NCBI RefSeq assembly: GCF_964355755.1
Contig: NC_092671.1
Coordinates: forward strand, 372,001 to 436,000
DNA: 64,000 nucleotides
Reading direction: 5' to 3'
DNA from: Antedon mediterranea
Lineage: Eukaryota; Animalia; Echinodermata
Position numbers and translations under genes: made by a program. Under the pieces are notes generated by a model, which saw only the letters and a list, made by a program, of their open reading frames with translations, did no database searches and was not told the DNA's origin. Shown here one piece after another: positions 60,401 through 64,000 of this stretch (position 1 is the stretch's first letter; each line of letters begins with the position of its first letter).

Positions 60401-62820
60401 GAATGGCACATGATACACAATTATAGCAAGGCTATATACTTGTCATATTAGACTTACCTGTGTCTGATTTACAAGTCCTTGTATCTTGTTGAAGTGAGAA
60501 TCCATCGACACATTCACACGTATTACTTGTGAACATTTGGTTAATACATTTCTGATCACATACAGGTACACGTACTGTCAAACACTCGTTATAATCTACA
60601 AATCAATTTAGTAGTATTGTCATTAATATTTTACAAATTTTATATAAGGCATGCAAAAAGTGTTTTTATTTTTTCCCATGATATTTTTTAAAACAAAACA
60701 GTAAGTATTTAGTATAATTTGTTAGCATGTGCTTATGACTACTTCAGTATTTGGTATAACTTTTAACATGTGTTTTGGAGTACACTTAAAAGTGCTAAAT
60801 TGAATGAATGTGTTTTTTGCATAGTTTTAAATGTAAGTTTCTTTTGTGCACCATGACATACTATATCAAATAACAACTTGACGTTTGATTTATTAATTTC
60901 AAATTCCTAATATCCATAAAAACTACCGATTATATCAAAAACATTCCAGGTTAAGTTCATTCTTACATTCATAGTAAACATACTTAATATAATATAATAG
61001 CGAGGTATTCATATGACCTGGATAAGATACAATAAACAGCATTATATATTATTTTTCCCTTTTCTAACTGTCAACATAATTCACTGAAGCGCAATACTAT
61101 AATACTGTATATAGAATAAACCAAGGTCATGAGAAAAATAATAAAATTATTTGGTGAATATTTGGTGGCTAACAATTGCAATATAACATCTGACATAAAT
61201 TATGCGCCAATTGGTAATTATAAATCAAGCAACATTATTATAAATATTCTTGACAGTTTCTCTAGTTTTTGTTCACGTTTTGAAAGCATTGTAGATTTTA
61301 TTTTAGAATCAACGACAAGAATGAGGAGATACTTTAGGATATTTGTGGTAATTAAGCTAAGAGTTTGTGATGCATGACATCCATATTTTGTCTCCTATTC
61401 CATATGGTACGTTAATAAACAAAGCAGGCAGATAATAACCACTCTATAATCAAACCAAATATTAAAATTATTTATCATCATTATCAAACGGCAGAAATAG
61501 ATTAATTTATATAGCAATTTAAGTTAAACTTAAGTTGCAAAATTCTTCAAACTAATTTGGCAATTTTTATGATTTATGTGCTTTTTTACAATTTGGTCTA
61601 GACTGTGTAATAATAAAAATAACAATATATTATTCTGTGAATGATTAAAAAAAAATCATTTTCATATAAATCAGTTTCATTTTTAATTATTATTACATAA
61701 TGCATACCAAATAAATAAAAAGCATTGAATACTAGATCAAAAAGTGAAAACATTTAATTCACTTATTTATTTTTAATGCATTCTATTAAAGAGAAAGCCA
61801 TATTTTTCAATAAAAAACAGTATGGCTTTCCGTTTAAAAAAAATGTTAATCACATTCAACAATATTATTGGTTCTTCGAATCGAAAATTCCAGCATGTCA
61901 ATTTGTATCCATGTCAGTTTTACTTAATGTTTGACATTAAATTCACATGCTAATGTTGCAGAACAACTGTCAGTTGCTATGCTATTTTACTCAATACATT
62001 TCAATGATGTATGAAATACTGTATGTTTACTATTATGGCACATATTTTAAATAATGTCTTATTCCCTTCCAATAGTGAGCATTTTGGTTTGAGTGAGCTA
62101 AAACTATAGCCAGTTTATATAGCAGGGTTAGTTTCTTTTTTTTTAATCTTGTGTTAAATTTTTTTTTTTTTTTAACTTGGTTCTTTTTTTTTTTTTTAGA
62201 TTTTGTGACAGACAAAGAACAAATTATTAAATGTTAAAAGTAACCACAGTATCACACATCAAGTGTAATCATAATATGTATATTAAATTTACCTGAGCAT
62301 GTCACATTATCAGCATTCAACTGACGTCCTTCATTACAGTAGCATCTTGCACCAGTTATGGAATATTTACACAAATCGCTACAACCCTTCTCTGCACATT
62401 TTTGAACTTGAGAAACTATGAAAGAGAAAGTTCAAATAAAATATTTTGGAATTTATAAAAATAGTTTAATTTGCATCACTTCAATTCATTCTGTATTTCC
62501 ACATACACACATGACAATGTTATGAAATTATGACAGCATTTGAGAAGGTCCCACTAGAGGGAGTGGTTCACAGACAACTCCATTATAAACAATATTGCAC
62601 CACATACTGTAGCAGTGATAGGATCTACACTTCCAATTCCATGTTAAGCCAAAATTAAGTAGTAGTAAGTTGTGTGAATATACCCTACCACAGTGACTTC
62701 CTTCGTCTGATCTATCTCCACAGTCTATCTCAGAATTACATAGTAAGTGTATTGGGATACAGTCATTGGAACCAGGGCATTGGTACTCATTCCTTGAGCA
62801 GCTTTCAAACGGTGACTCAC
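1721..62820 (-). CDS. LRP1: LDL receptor-related protein 1 orthologue, 84 coding exons, 5'-partial (signal peptide and CR1 exons outside the window)
   Basis: Spliced translation gives LDLa clusters x/8/10/11, 8 YWTD propellers, an RKRR furin site in the last propeller, a TM helix and the tail ...FGNPMY...[11 protein letters not shown] (human LRP1: IGNPTY...NFTNPVYATLY). All junctions GT-AG and in frame. Confidence 0.93.
2176..2311 (-). CDS. LRP1: LRP1 exon, cytoplasmic tail (proximal NPMY)
   Basis: [12 protein letters not shown]...NFGNPMYIY...EMDIEK; AG/GTAAG. Confidence 0.92.
2531..2615 (-). CDS. LRP1: LRP1 exon, transmembrane helix
   Basis: [28 protein letters not shown]. Confidence 0.92.
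2859..2938 (-). CDS. LRP1: LRP1 exon, EGF end + juxtamembrane linker
   Basis: [26 protein letters not shown]. Confidence 0.9.
3244..3373 (-). CDS. LRP1: LRP1 exon, EGF
   Basis: [28 protein letters not shown]. Confidence 0.9.
3548..3642 (-). CDS. LRP1: LRP1 exon, EGF
   Basis: [28 protein letters not shown]. Confidence 0.9.
4491..6373. mobile_element. Nested non-autonomous TIR element with GCGAGGCA-rich ~150-bp inverted ends
   Basis: cagagtgttgacaaagtgcgaggcagcgaggcacgcgaggca mirrored by tgcctcgcgtgcctcgctgcctcgcactttgtta; (TT)TTTGT on both flanks. Confidence 0.7.
5350..6190. repeat. Fold-back inverted repeat (~300-bp arms), third nested layer
   Basis: aatgttcaatatttttgtttctatggagcgccaaaagagcaa (~5548) mirrored by ttgctcttttggcgttccatagaaaccaaaatattgaacatt (~5976). 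Confidence 0.7.
7021..7597. mobile_element. MITE with TGT...ACA ends (Ginger-like)
   Basis: TIR tgttatgcgcgatttgaacgatttgcgcaattt / aaattgcgcaaatcgttcaaatcgcgcataaca; flanks GAGT/CAGT (4 bp, one mismatch). Confidence 0.7.
7940..8230. repeat. Degenerate ~45-50-bp minisatellite
   Basis: recurring atggttcaatg(a/g)tgatggtacaatacca...agatggtaca. Confidence 0.65.
8267..8479 (-). CDS. LRP1: LRP1 exon, EGF repeats
   Basis: [10 protein letters not shown]...CLNGGKC...[12 protein letters not shown]. Confidence 0.92.
8742..8817 (-). CDS. LRP1: LRP1 exon, EGF
   Basis: [24 protein letters not shown]. Confidence 0.88.
9223..9339 (-). CDS. LRP1: LRP1 exon, EGF
   Basis: [24 protein letters not shown]. Confidence 0.88.
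9835..10005 (-). CDS. LRP1: LRP1 exon, propeller 8
   Basis: [13 protein letters not shown]...VQEHKQQ. Confidence 0.9.
10281..10531 (-). CDS. LRP1: LRP1 exon, propeller 8
   Basis: LMFWSDYG...WPSGLAVD...LYWAD. Confidence 0.9.
10659..10843 (-). CDS. LRP1: LRP1 exon, propeller 8
   Basis: [14 protein letters not shown]...[11 protein letters not shown]. Confidence 0.9.
11089..11330 (-). CDS. LRP1: LRP1 exon, propeller 8 with furin site RKRR|DI
   Basis: [12 protein letters not shown]; RKRR at 11125-11136, same position as human RHRR|QI. Confidence 0.9.
11690..11821 (-). CDS. LRP1: LRP1 exon, Ca-binding EGF
   Basis: [17 protein letters not shown]. Confidence 0.92.
12229..12361. mobile_element. 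PIF/Harbinger-like MITE (AGCTCTGTCTACACTATCAAACT family), left end degraded
   Basis: right TIR agtttgatagtgtagacggagct and internal gggcatatcactaccat repeats shared with the other copies. Confidence 0.65.
12388..12507 (-). CDS. LRP1: LRP1 exon, EGF
   Basis: [14 protein letters not shown]...[11 protein letters not shown]. Confidence 0.9.
12725..12961 (-). CDS. LRP1: LRP1 exon, two LDLa repeats (end of cluster IV)
   Basis: FQCLNKKC...DNCGDGSDE...FKCDNMQC...CGNASDE. Confidence 0.9.
13324..13455 (-). CDS. LRP1: LRP1 exon, LDLa
   Basis: [15 protein letters not shown]. Confidence 0.92.
13796..13918 (-). CDS. LRP1: LRP1 exon, LDLa
   Basis: [28 protein letters not shown]. Confidence 0.92.
14143..14265 (-). 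CDS. LRP1: LRP1 exon, LDLa
   Basis: [20 protein letters not shown]. Confidence 0.92.
14607..14726 (-). CDS. LRP1: LRP1 exon, LDLa
   Basis: [28 protein letters not shown]. Confidence 0.92.
14821..14978. mobile_element. PIF/Harbinger-like MITE copy
   Basis: TIR agttctgtctaaattatcaaact / agtttgatagtgtagacagagct, TAA flanks. Confidence 0.75.
14988..15104 (-). CDS. LRP1: LRP1 exon, LDLa
   Basis: [32 protein letters not shown]. Confidence 0.92.
15310..15600 (-). mobile_element. tRNA-derived SINE with Deu/Nin-type core
   Basis: minus strand: A-box TGGCCGAGCGG, B-box GGTTCGAGGC, then gataaggactataaaccgtaggtcc...ttaaagaacc...gagtagggggttaccccggtgt, resembling the DeuSINE core (recalled, not aligned). 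Confidence 0.7.
15681..15806 (-). CDS. LRP1: LRP1 exon, LDLa
   Basis: [28 protein letters not shown]. Confidence 0.92.
15965..16099 (-). CDS. LRP1: LRP1 exon, LDLa
   Basis: [27 protein letters not shown]...EDEQDC. Confidence 0.9.
16484..16615 (-). CDS. LRP1: LRP1 exon, LDLa
   Basis: [10 protein letters not shown]...[20 protein letters not shown]. Confidence 0.92.
16967..17206 (-). CDS. LRP1: LRP1 exon, EGF + first LDLa of cluster IV
   Basis: CSNLCLL...CACPNNFYL...[23 protein letters not shown]. Confidence 0.92.
17522..17718 (-). CDS. LRP1: LRP1 exon, propeller 7
   Basis: [18 protein letters not shown]...[14 protein letters not shown]. Confidence 0.92.
17841..17988 (-). CDS. LRP1: LRP1 exon, propeller 7
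   Basis: MDGEN...WPNGLTIDY...IFWADARED. Confidence 0.92.
18090..18139 (-). CDS. LRP1: LRP1 exon, propeller 7 (50 nt)
   Basis: [16 protein letters not shown]. Confidence 0.9.
18344..18857. repeat. 57-bp minisatellite, ~9 copies
   Basis: unit agggcatctctaaagggcatttcagcaacacccaccctcactatactgtataattta. Confidence 0.95.
18866..19053 (-). CDS. LRP1: LRP1 exon, propeller 7
   Basis: [20 protein letters not shown]...[10 protein letters not shown]. Confidence 0.92.
19310..20856 (+). mobile_element. Helentron/DINE-like non-autonomous rolling-circle element, preceded by a duplicate of its own 3' hairpin (19270-19311)
   Basis: start actag + palindrome aattcgtca-ctt-tgacgaatt + ataggtgatc; end hairpin taggtgatcattt-tattct-aaatgatcaccta; the same 42 bp occurs at 19270 and ~20815. 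Confidence 0.55.
20985..21196 (-). CDS. LRP1: LRP1 exon, propeller 7
   Basis: [11 protein letters not shown]...[16 protein letters not shown]. Confidence 0.92.
21254..21595. repeat. 34-bp minisatellite, ~10 copies
   Basis: unit tagtgttgtctattccctgtgcactgatgttgtc. Confidence 0.95.
21645..21773 (-). CDS. LRP1: LRP1 exon, Ca-binding EGF
   Basis: [26 protein letters not shown]. Confidence 0.92.
21931..22050 (-). CDS. LRP1: LRP1 exon, EGF
   Basis: [29 protein letters not shown]. Confidence 0.92.
22176..22292 (-). CDS. LRP1: LRP1 exon, last LDLa of cluster III (atypical Cys spacing)
   Basis: [35 protein letters not shown]; an alternative in-frame acceptor would end the exon at 22286. Confidence 0.85.
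22382..22498 (-). CDS. LRP1: LRP1 exon, LDLa
   Basis: [32 protein letters not shown]. Confidence 0.92.
22877..23309. repeat. 47-bp minisatellite, ~9 copies, abutting a splice donor
   Basis: unit ttatagcaacaataccactgaatgctatttatctaacttttcacttg. Confidence 0.95.
23314..23433 (-). CDS. LRP1: LRP1 exon, LDLa
   Basis: [28 protein letters not shown]. Confidence 0.92.
23735..23863 (-). CDS. LRP1: LRP1 exon, LDLa
   Basis: [28 protein letters not shown]. Confidence 0.92.
24003..24119 (-). CDS. LRP1: LRP1 exon, LDLa
   Basis: [27 protein letters not shown]. Confidence 0.92.
24396..24533 (-). CDS. LRP1: LRP1 exon, LDLa
   Basis: [28 protein letters not shown]. Confidence 0.92.
24661..24819 (-). CDS. 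LRP1: LRP1 exon, LDLa with the long insert typical of LRP1 CR14
   Basis: [48 protein letters not shown]. Confidence 0.92.
25327..25437 (-). CDS. LRP1: LRP1 exon, LDLa
   Basis: [32 protein letters not shown]. Confidence 0.92.
25607..25723 (-). CDS. LRP1: LRP1 exon, LDLa
   Basis: [32 protein letters not shown]. Confidence 0.92.
25821..25946 (-). CDS. LRP1: LRP1 exon, first LDLa of cluster III
   Basis: [32 protein letters not shown]. Confidence 0.92.
26256..26381 (-). CDS. LRP1: LRP1 exon, EGF
   Basis: [13 protein letters not shown]...LCSCP. Confidence 0.9.
26471..26587. mobile_element. PIF/Harbinger-like MITE copy
   Basis: TAA|agctctgtctacactatcaaa ... tttgatagtgtagacaaagct|TAA. Confidence 0.8.
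26726..26918 (-). CDS. LRP1: LRP1 exon, propeller 6
   Basis: PVHPFGL...[19 protein letters not shown]...QQPMGIAV. Confidence 0.92.
27130..27334 (-). CDS. LRP1: LRP1 exon, propeller 6
   Basis: [14 protein letters not shown]...IRTPN...[15 protein letters not shown]. Confidence 0.92.
27630..27801 (-). CDS. LRP1: LRP1 exon, propeller 6
   Basis: [10 protein letters not shown]...IYWTSY...PRGIVVDPC. Confidence 0.92.
27888..28024. mobile_element. PIF/Harbinger-like MITE copy
   Basis: gctctgtctacactatcaaact ... agtttgatagtgtagacagagc. Confidence 0.8.
28055..28288 (-). CDS. LRP1: LRP1 exon, propeller 6
   Basis: [14 protein letters not shown]...[11 protein letters not shown]. Confidence 0.9.
28728..32406. 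repeat. 3.7-kb intronic satellite, 24-bp unit, ~153 copies
   Basis: unit atggtacctacttcac(c/t)at(a/g)ta(a/c/t)a; no indels, giving the repetitive ORFs 28711-32469(-) and 28733-32413(+). Confidence 0.97.
32512..32634 (-). CDS. LRP1: LRP1 exon, EGF
   Basis: [17 protein letters not shown]...CACAYG. Confidence 0.92.
32715..32838. mobile_element. Short MITE (Harbinger-like, second family)
   Basis: imperfect TIRs agcttggttcccactaggacgtaacgcaagg / ccttgggttgcgtctctagtggaaaccacgca, TAA/TTA flanks. Confidence 0.6.
32871..33101. repeat. 80-bp tandem repeat, ~3 copies
   Basis: aatgtattgctgcattctcttgagctatgacc... at 32871, 32951 and 33031. Confidence 0.92.
33162..33286 (-). CDS. LRP1: LRP1 exon, propeller 5
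   Basis: [12 protein letters not shown]...[14 protein letters not shown]. Confidence 0.9.
33511..33786 (-). CDS. LRP1: LRP1 exon, propeller 5
   Basis: LFWSDWG...WPNGITIDY...MYWTDR. Confidence 0.92.
33934..34063 (-). CDS. LRP1: LRP1 exon, propeller 5
   Basis: [15 protein letters not shown]...[11 protein letters not shown]. Confidence 0.92.
34278..35722. mobile_element. Non-autonomous hAT-like element with 6-bp TSD
   Basis: TIRs CAGGGGTCCCAAGT / AGTTGGGACCTCTG; CACATT duplicated at 34272-34277 and 35723-35728. Confidence 0.8.
35886..36020 (-). CDS. LRP1: LRP1 exon, propeller 5
   Basis: NDYIYWVD...[12 protein letters not shown]...[14 protein letters not shown]. Confidence 0.92.
36216..36344 (-). 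CDS. LRP1: LRP1 exon, propeller 5
   Basis: IRSFLLYSV...[18 protein letters not shown]. Confidence 0.9.
36687..37323 (-). mobile_element. Helentron/DINE-like non-autonomous element (same layout as 19310-20856)
   Basis: minus strand start aactag + palindrome aactcgtc...gacgagtt + ggttatccgc; end gatttcgtacaatcacaa + hairpin ggttatccagcaac-ttc-gttgcggataacc. Confidence 0.6.
37340..37462 (-). CDS. LRP1: LRP1 exon, EGF
   Basis: [21 protein letters not shown]. Confidence 0.92.
37668..37940 (-). CDS. LRP1: LRP1 exon, propeller 4
   Basis: LYWADS...HLYWAD...LVYDPKAQT. Confidence 0.9.
38199..38296 (-). CDS. LRP1: LRP1 exon, propeller 4
   Basis: [17 protein letters not shown]. Confidence 0.88.
38602..38776 (-). 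CDS. LRP1: LRP1 exon, propeller 4
   Basis: [14 protein letters not shown]...[15 protein letters not shown]. Confidence 0.9.
39174..39317. mobile_element. PIF/Harbinger-like MITE copy
   Basis: degenerate left TIR agttatatctacacaatcaaact; right tgtagacagagct; shared internal sequence. Confidence 0.7.
39366..39590 (-). CDS. LRP1: LRP1 exon, propeller 4
   Basis: IRGVDL...FYWVD...[10 protein letters not shown]. Confidence 0.92.
39971..40090 (-). CDS. LRP1: LRP1 exon, EGF
   Basis: [15 protein letters not shown]...CLCPHMMKL. Confidence 0.92.
41324..41568 (-). CDS. LRP1: LRP1 exon, propeller 3
   Basis: [12 protein letters not shown]...HPFAITLF...YWSDWRTN...[14 protein letters not shown]. Confidence 0.93.
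41676..41912. repeat. 39-bp minisatellite, ~6 copies
   Basis: unit aaagccaaattattctttacctgcctccctaggcctgac. Confidence 0.95.
42088..42255 (-). CDS. LRP1: LRP1 exon, propeller 3
   Basis: MFWTDWD...[10 protein letters not shown]...[11 protein letters not shown]...ILWIDAR. Confidence 0.93.
42508..42721 (-). CDS. LRP1: LRP1 exon, propeller 3
   Basis: [32 protein letters not shown]. Confidence 0.93.
42812..43080. mobile_element. PIF/Harbinger-like MITE copy carrying an inserted LINE (L2/CR1-like) 3' tail at ~42860-42970
   Basis: TAA|agctctgtctacactatcaaact ... agtttgatagtgtagccagagct|TAA; the insert reads on minus cttaaaaacccatcttttt...agcgctttgagac...aagcgctttataaat. Confidence 0.75.
43111..43314 (-). 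CDS. LRP1: LRP1 exon, propeller 3
   Basis: VFSNRHQLR...[10 protein letters not shown]...[12 protein letters not shown]. Confidence 0.93.
43470..43878. repeat. 47-bp minisatellite, ~8.5 copies
   Basis: unit aaagatgggtaagtttataccagtgtcagattagcttattttgtatt. Confidence 0.95.
43907..44029 (-). CDS. LRP1: LRP1 exon, EGF
   Basis: [12 protein letters not shown]...CSCYDGYQ. Confidence 0.9.
44293..44421 (-). CDS. LRP1: LRP1 exon, EGF
   Basis: [20 protein letters not shown]. Confidence 0.92.
44473..45210. mobile_element. Non-autonomous TIR element with 9-bp TSD (MULE- or Merlin-like)
   Basis: TIR GGCGCTACTGCAGTTTCGCAC / GTGCGAAACTGCAGTAGCGCC; ATTAGGTTT at 44464-44472 and 45211-45219. Confidence 0.85.
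45245..46266. mobile_element. Non-autonomous piggyBac-like element
   Basis: TTAA|cactttgactgcca ... tggcagtcaaagtg|TTAA; subterminal direct repeat ttgactgccaaacacgaagatcttcgttttt. Confidence 0.8.
46420..46542 (-). CDS. LRP1: LRP1 exon, last LDLa of cluster II
   Basis: [28 protein letters not shown]. Confidence 0.92.
46695..46823 (-). CDS. LRP1: LRP1 exon, LDLa
   Basis: [28 protein letters not shown]. Confidence 0.92.
47023..47145 (-). CDS. LRP1: LRP1 exon, LDLa
   Basis: [32 protein letters not shown]. Confidence 0.92.
47451..47804 (-). CDS. LRP1: LRP1 exon, three LDLa repeats
   Basis: [13 protein letters not shown]...[13 protein letters not shown]...DDCADGSDE. Confidence 0.92.
47959..48720. 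repeat. 69-bp tandem array (11 units) derived from the 3' half of an LDLa exon plus its 5' splice site
   Basis: minus unit GTAAGTaccagtgtgatggtgattctgattgtcatgatggaggcgatgaagatgagacattatgtcaat; donors every 69 bp from 48653 to 47963. Confidence 0.95.
48654..48782 (-). CDS. LRP1: LRP1 exon, LDLa (CR4 equivalent), first donor assumed
   Basis: [42 protein letters not shown]; any later donor would include in-frame stops. Confidence 0.85.
48868..49972. mobile_element. Non-autonomous TTAA-targeting TIR element (Kolobok-like)
   Basis: TTAA|aatggacctgaaatggattttcgatttt ... aaaatcgaaattccatttcaggtccatt|TTAA. Confidence 0.8.
50105..50368 (-). CDS. LRP1: LRP1 exon, EGF + first LDLa of cluster II
   Basis: [13 protein letters not shown]...[27 protein letters not shown]. 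Confidence 0.92.
50453..50654 (-). CDS. LRP1: LRP1 exon, propeller 2
   Basis: [23 protein letters not shown]. Confidence 0.9.
50774..51618. repeat. 44-bp minisatellite, ~19 copies
   Basis: unit atggtagtaatgtgtgtagttggtgttat(g/t)gtgattatgacacc. Confidence 0.95.
52649..52865 (-). CDS. LRP1: LRP1 exon, propeller 2
   Basis: YMYWTDWSE...LWPNGIALD...LYWCDAFFD. Confidence 0.93.
53215..53386 (-). CDS. LRP1: LRP1 exon, propeller 2
   Basis: [18 protein letters not shown]...[10 protein letters not shown]. Confidence 0.93.
53555..53750. repeat. 66-bp tandem repeat, 3 copies
   Basis: actgaa(c/a)aatgacaatgctgtg...tcagtgactggatctcaatggag at 53555, 53621 and 53687. Confidence 0.9.
53830..55505 (+). mobile_element. 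Helitron-like non-autonomous element (5' end uncertain) with an internal ~265-bp tandem duplication (~54397-54920)
   Basis: 3' hairpin ctagatggtacgcgagcgaagcgagcgtgccatCTAG|T; duplicated block acattccaaattatttggtttaaccata...ggtaggccctactgttagatt. Confidence 0.5.
55529..55774 (-). CDS. LRP1: LRP1 exon, propeller 2
   Basis: [15 protein letters not shown]...PRALDFD...VYYADS. Confidence 0.92.
55862..55987 (-). CDS. LRP1: LRP1 exon, EGF
   Basis: [16 protein letters not shown]...CQCSVGFIL. Confidence 0.92.
56282..56465 (-). CDS. LRP1: LRP1 exon, propeller 1
   Basis: [16 protein letters not shown]...QVYHSSLQP. Confidence 0.9.
56900..57131 (-). CDS. LRP1: LRP1 exon, propeller 1
   Basis: [12 protein letters not shown]...[11 protein letters not shown]...VYWTDA. 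Confidence 0.92.
58249..58417 (-). CDS. LRP1: LRP1 exon, propeller 1
   Basis: [26 protein letters not shown]...NPRGIAIDP. Confidence 0.92.
58793..58895 (-). CDS. LRP1: LRP1 exon, propeller 1
   Basis: [15 protein letters not shown]; phase fits neighbouring exons. Confidence 0.85.
59068..59195 (-). CDS. LRP1: LRP1 exon, start of propeller 1
   Basis: [11 protein letters not shown]...[12 protein letters not shown]. Confidence 0.85.
60458..60595 (-). CDS. LRP1: LRP1 exon, EGF2
   Basis: DYNECL...CDQKCIN...[17 protein letters not shown]. Confidence 0.9.
62293..62415 (-). CDS. LRP1: LRP1 exon, EGF1
   Basis: [10 protein letters not shown]...[19 protein letters not shown]. Confidence 0.9.
62689..62820 (-). 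CDS. LRP1: LRP1 exon, LDLa CR2
   Basis: [37 protein letters not shown] (human CR2 ends DGSDEGPHC). Confidence 0.9.
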
Positions 62821-63168
62821 CTGAGCAAAATATTAAATATTATACATCAAAATTATATCTTATAATACATTGTCAGTGTAAGAAAACAAGATTCAAGTAC
62901 AGTATAGTAACAGAGAATGTAGTGACATGTTTGGCACCCCATACTTGAGGGTGATTCTGTAAACATCGTTGATCACATCACATACTGCTTGCATTTAGTT
63001 GATTAAGACCTTAAACAGGTAAAAAAGACTACTCTCTTATTACAAAAAAAATATAATACAAAATTATAATTTATTTAATCCATTTTTATTTTAAACTACT
63101 TGTACAGTATTTGTACAGGAGGACTGAAATGTTGGTTCATCCTGATTGGTAGGCATGATATAGACTAA

Positions 63169-63330
63169 AGCTCTAACTACACTAGTTTATGTGACAACAA
63201 AATTTGATGTGTCCATAATAAGGACATGATGATGTCATACCACTACCACATTTGGGCATATCACTACTAAATTTGGCACATTACAGTTTTTTTGTCAAAC
63301 TACTACTAGTTTGATAGTGTAGACAGACCT
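63169..63330. mobile_element. PIF/Harbinger-like MITE copy
   Basis: agctctaactacact... / agtttgatagtgtagacagacct; shared internal gggcatatcactac motif. Confidence 0.7.
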
Positions 63331-64000
63331 TTATTTTACCAAATGATTGCTAACCAACAAAACGGATCAAAGAGATCCTCATTAAGGTTGCTGCATTGAT
63401 GAATTGATGAACAGTCAATTACAGATTGTATTGTTGAATATTAGAAACACATGATGATACAGTAAATAATTTGCTCACTTGCTATGCACCACTGCTAATT
63501 TACCTCATCAGAAATATATTATGAAAAATGTACACACTTGAATAGTTTCATCATTAGTATCTGCTGATGATTATCACAGAGAAACCGTGAAATATGTAAG
63601 AAACTTTTCTTTGTAATTTTTAATATGAGAATAAATTATGAGAAAAATTCTGATTCACAGTAGTGTTATCCTATACCAACAATATTGTTGTGCACCTTGA
63701 CACTGGTGTGCATCAGTCTATACAATGGCGGCTACCATCCAATTGTGGATTTTCTGCCCACATTTTGAAGTTGAATGCTTTGACCTTGACCACTTTGATG
63801 TGCTAAACTATGAGTTGCTACAACCCTCAAGAGTTCTAATAGAGCCATTGCGTATTTGACCCAATTCGCATACACAAACACGCAACGGTTGTTACACATA
63901 AATTATCTAAAGATTTTGATTTTTACAGCATAATGTACATAAAGTATAATGTACATAAAGTATAAAAAAGAATATACATATTTGGTTTATTACAATATTG

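Noticed and set aside
60041-60451. 136-aa plus-strand ORF and other short intronic ORFs
   Set aside because: No recognisable domain; composition as expected for chance ORFs in AT-rich introns.

Overview
AT-rich animal genomic DNA, probably from a marine invertebrate. Nearly the whole window (1721-62820, minus strand) is one multi-exon gene, an LRP1 orthologue. I traced 84 coding exons by GT-AG boundaries and reading frame. The domain order matches vertebrate LRP1: LDLa clusters of (1 seen of 2)/8/10/11 repeats, 8 YWTD propellers with EGF modules, an RKRR furin site, a TM helix, and a tail with NPMY and NPAYGSL motifs. The signal-peptide and first LDLa exons lie beyond the right edge. The introns hold many non-autonomous DNA transposons (hAT-like with 5- and 6-bp TSDs, Harbinger MITEs, piggyBac-, Kolobok-, Ginger- and MULE/Merlin-like, Helitron/Helentron-like), a Deu-type SINE and about ten minisatellites. 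The most unusual feature is an 11-copy, 69-bp array made from the 3' half of an LDLa exon plus its 5' splice site. It offers 11 in-frame donors, and its only two nonsense changes both lie in the unit just after the first donor. A 3.7-kb 24-bp satellite that is open on both strands explains the two ~1200-aa ORFs. All calls were read by eye; no database searches were run.
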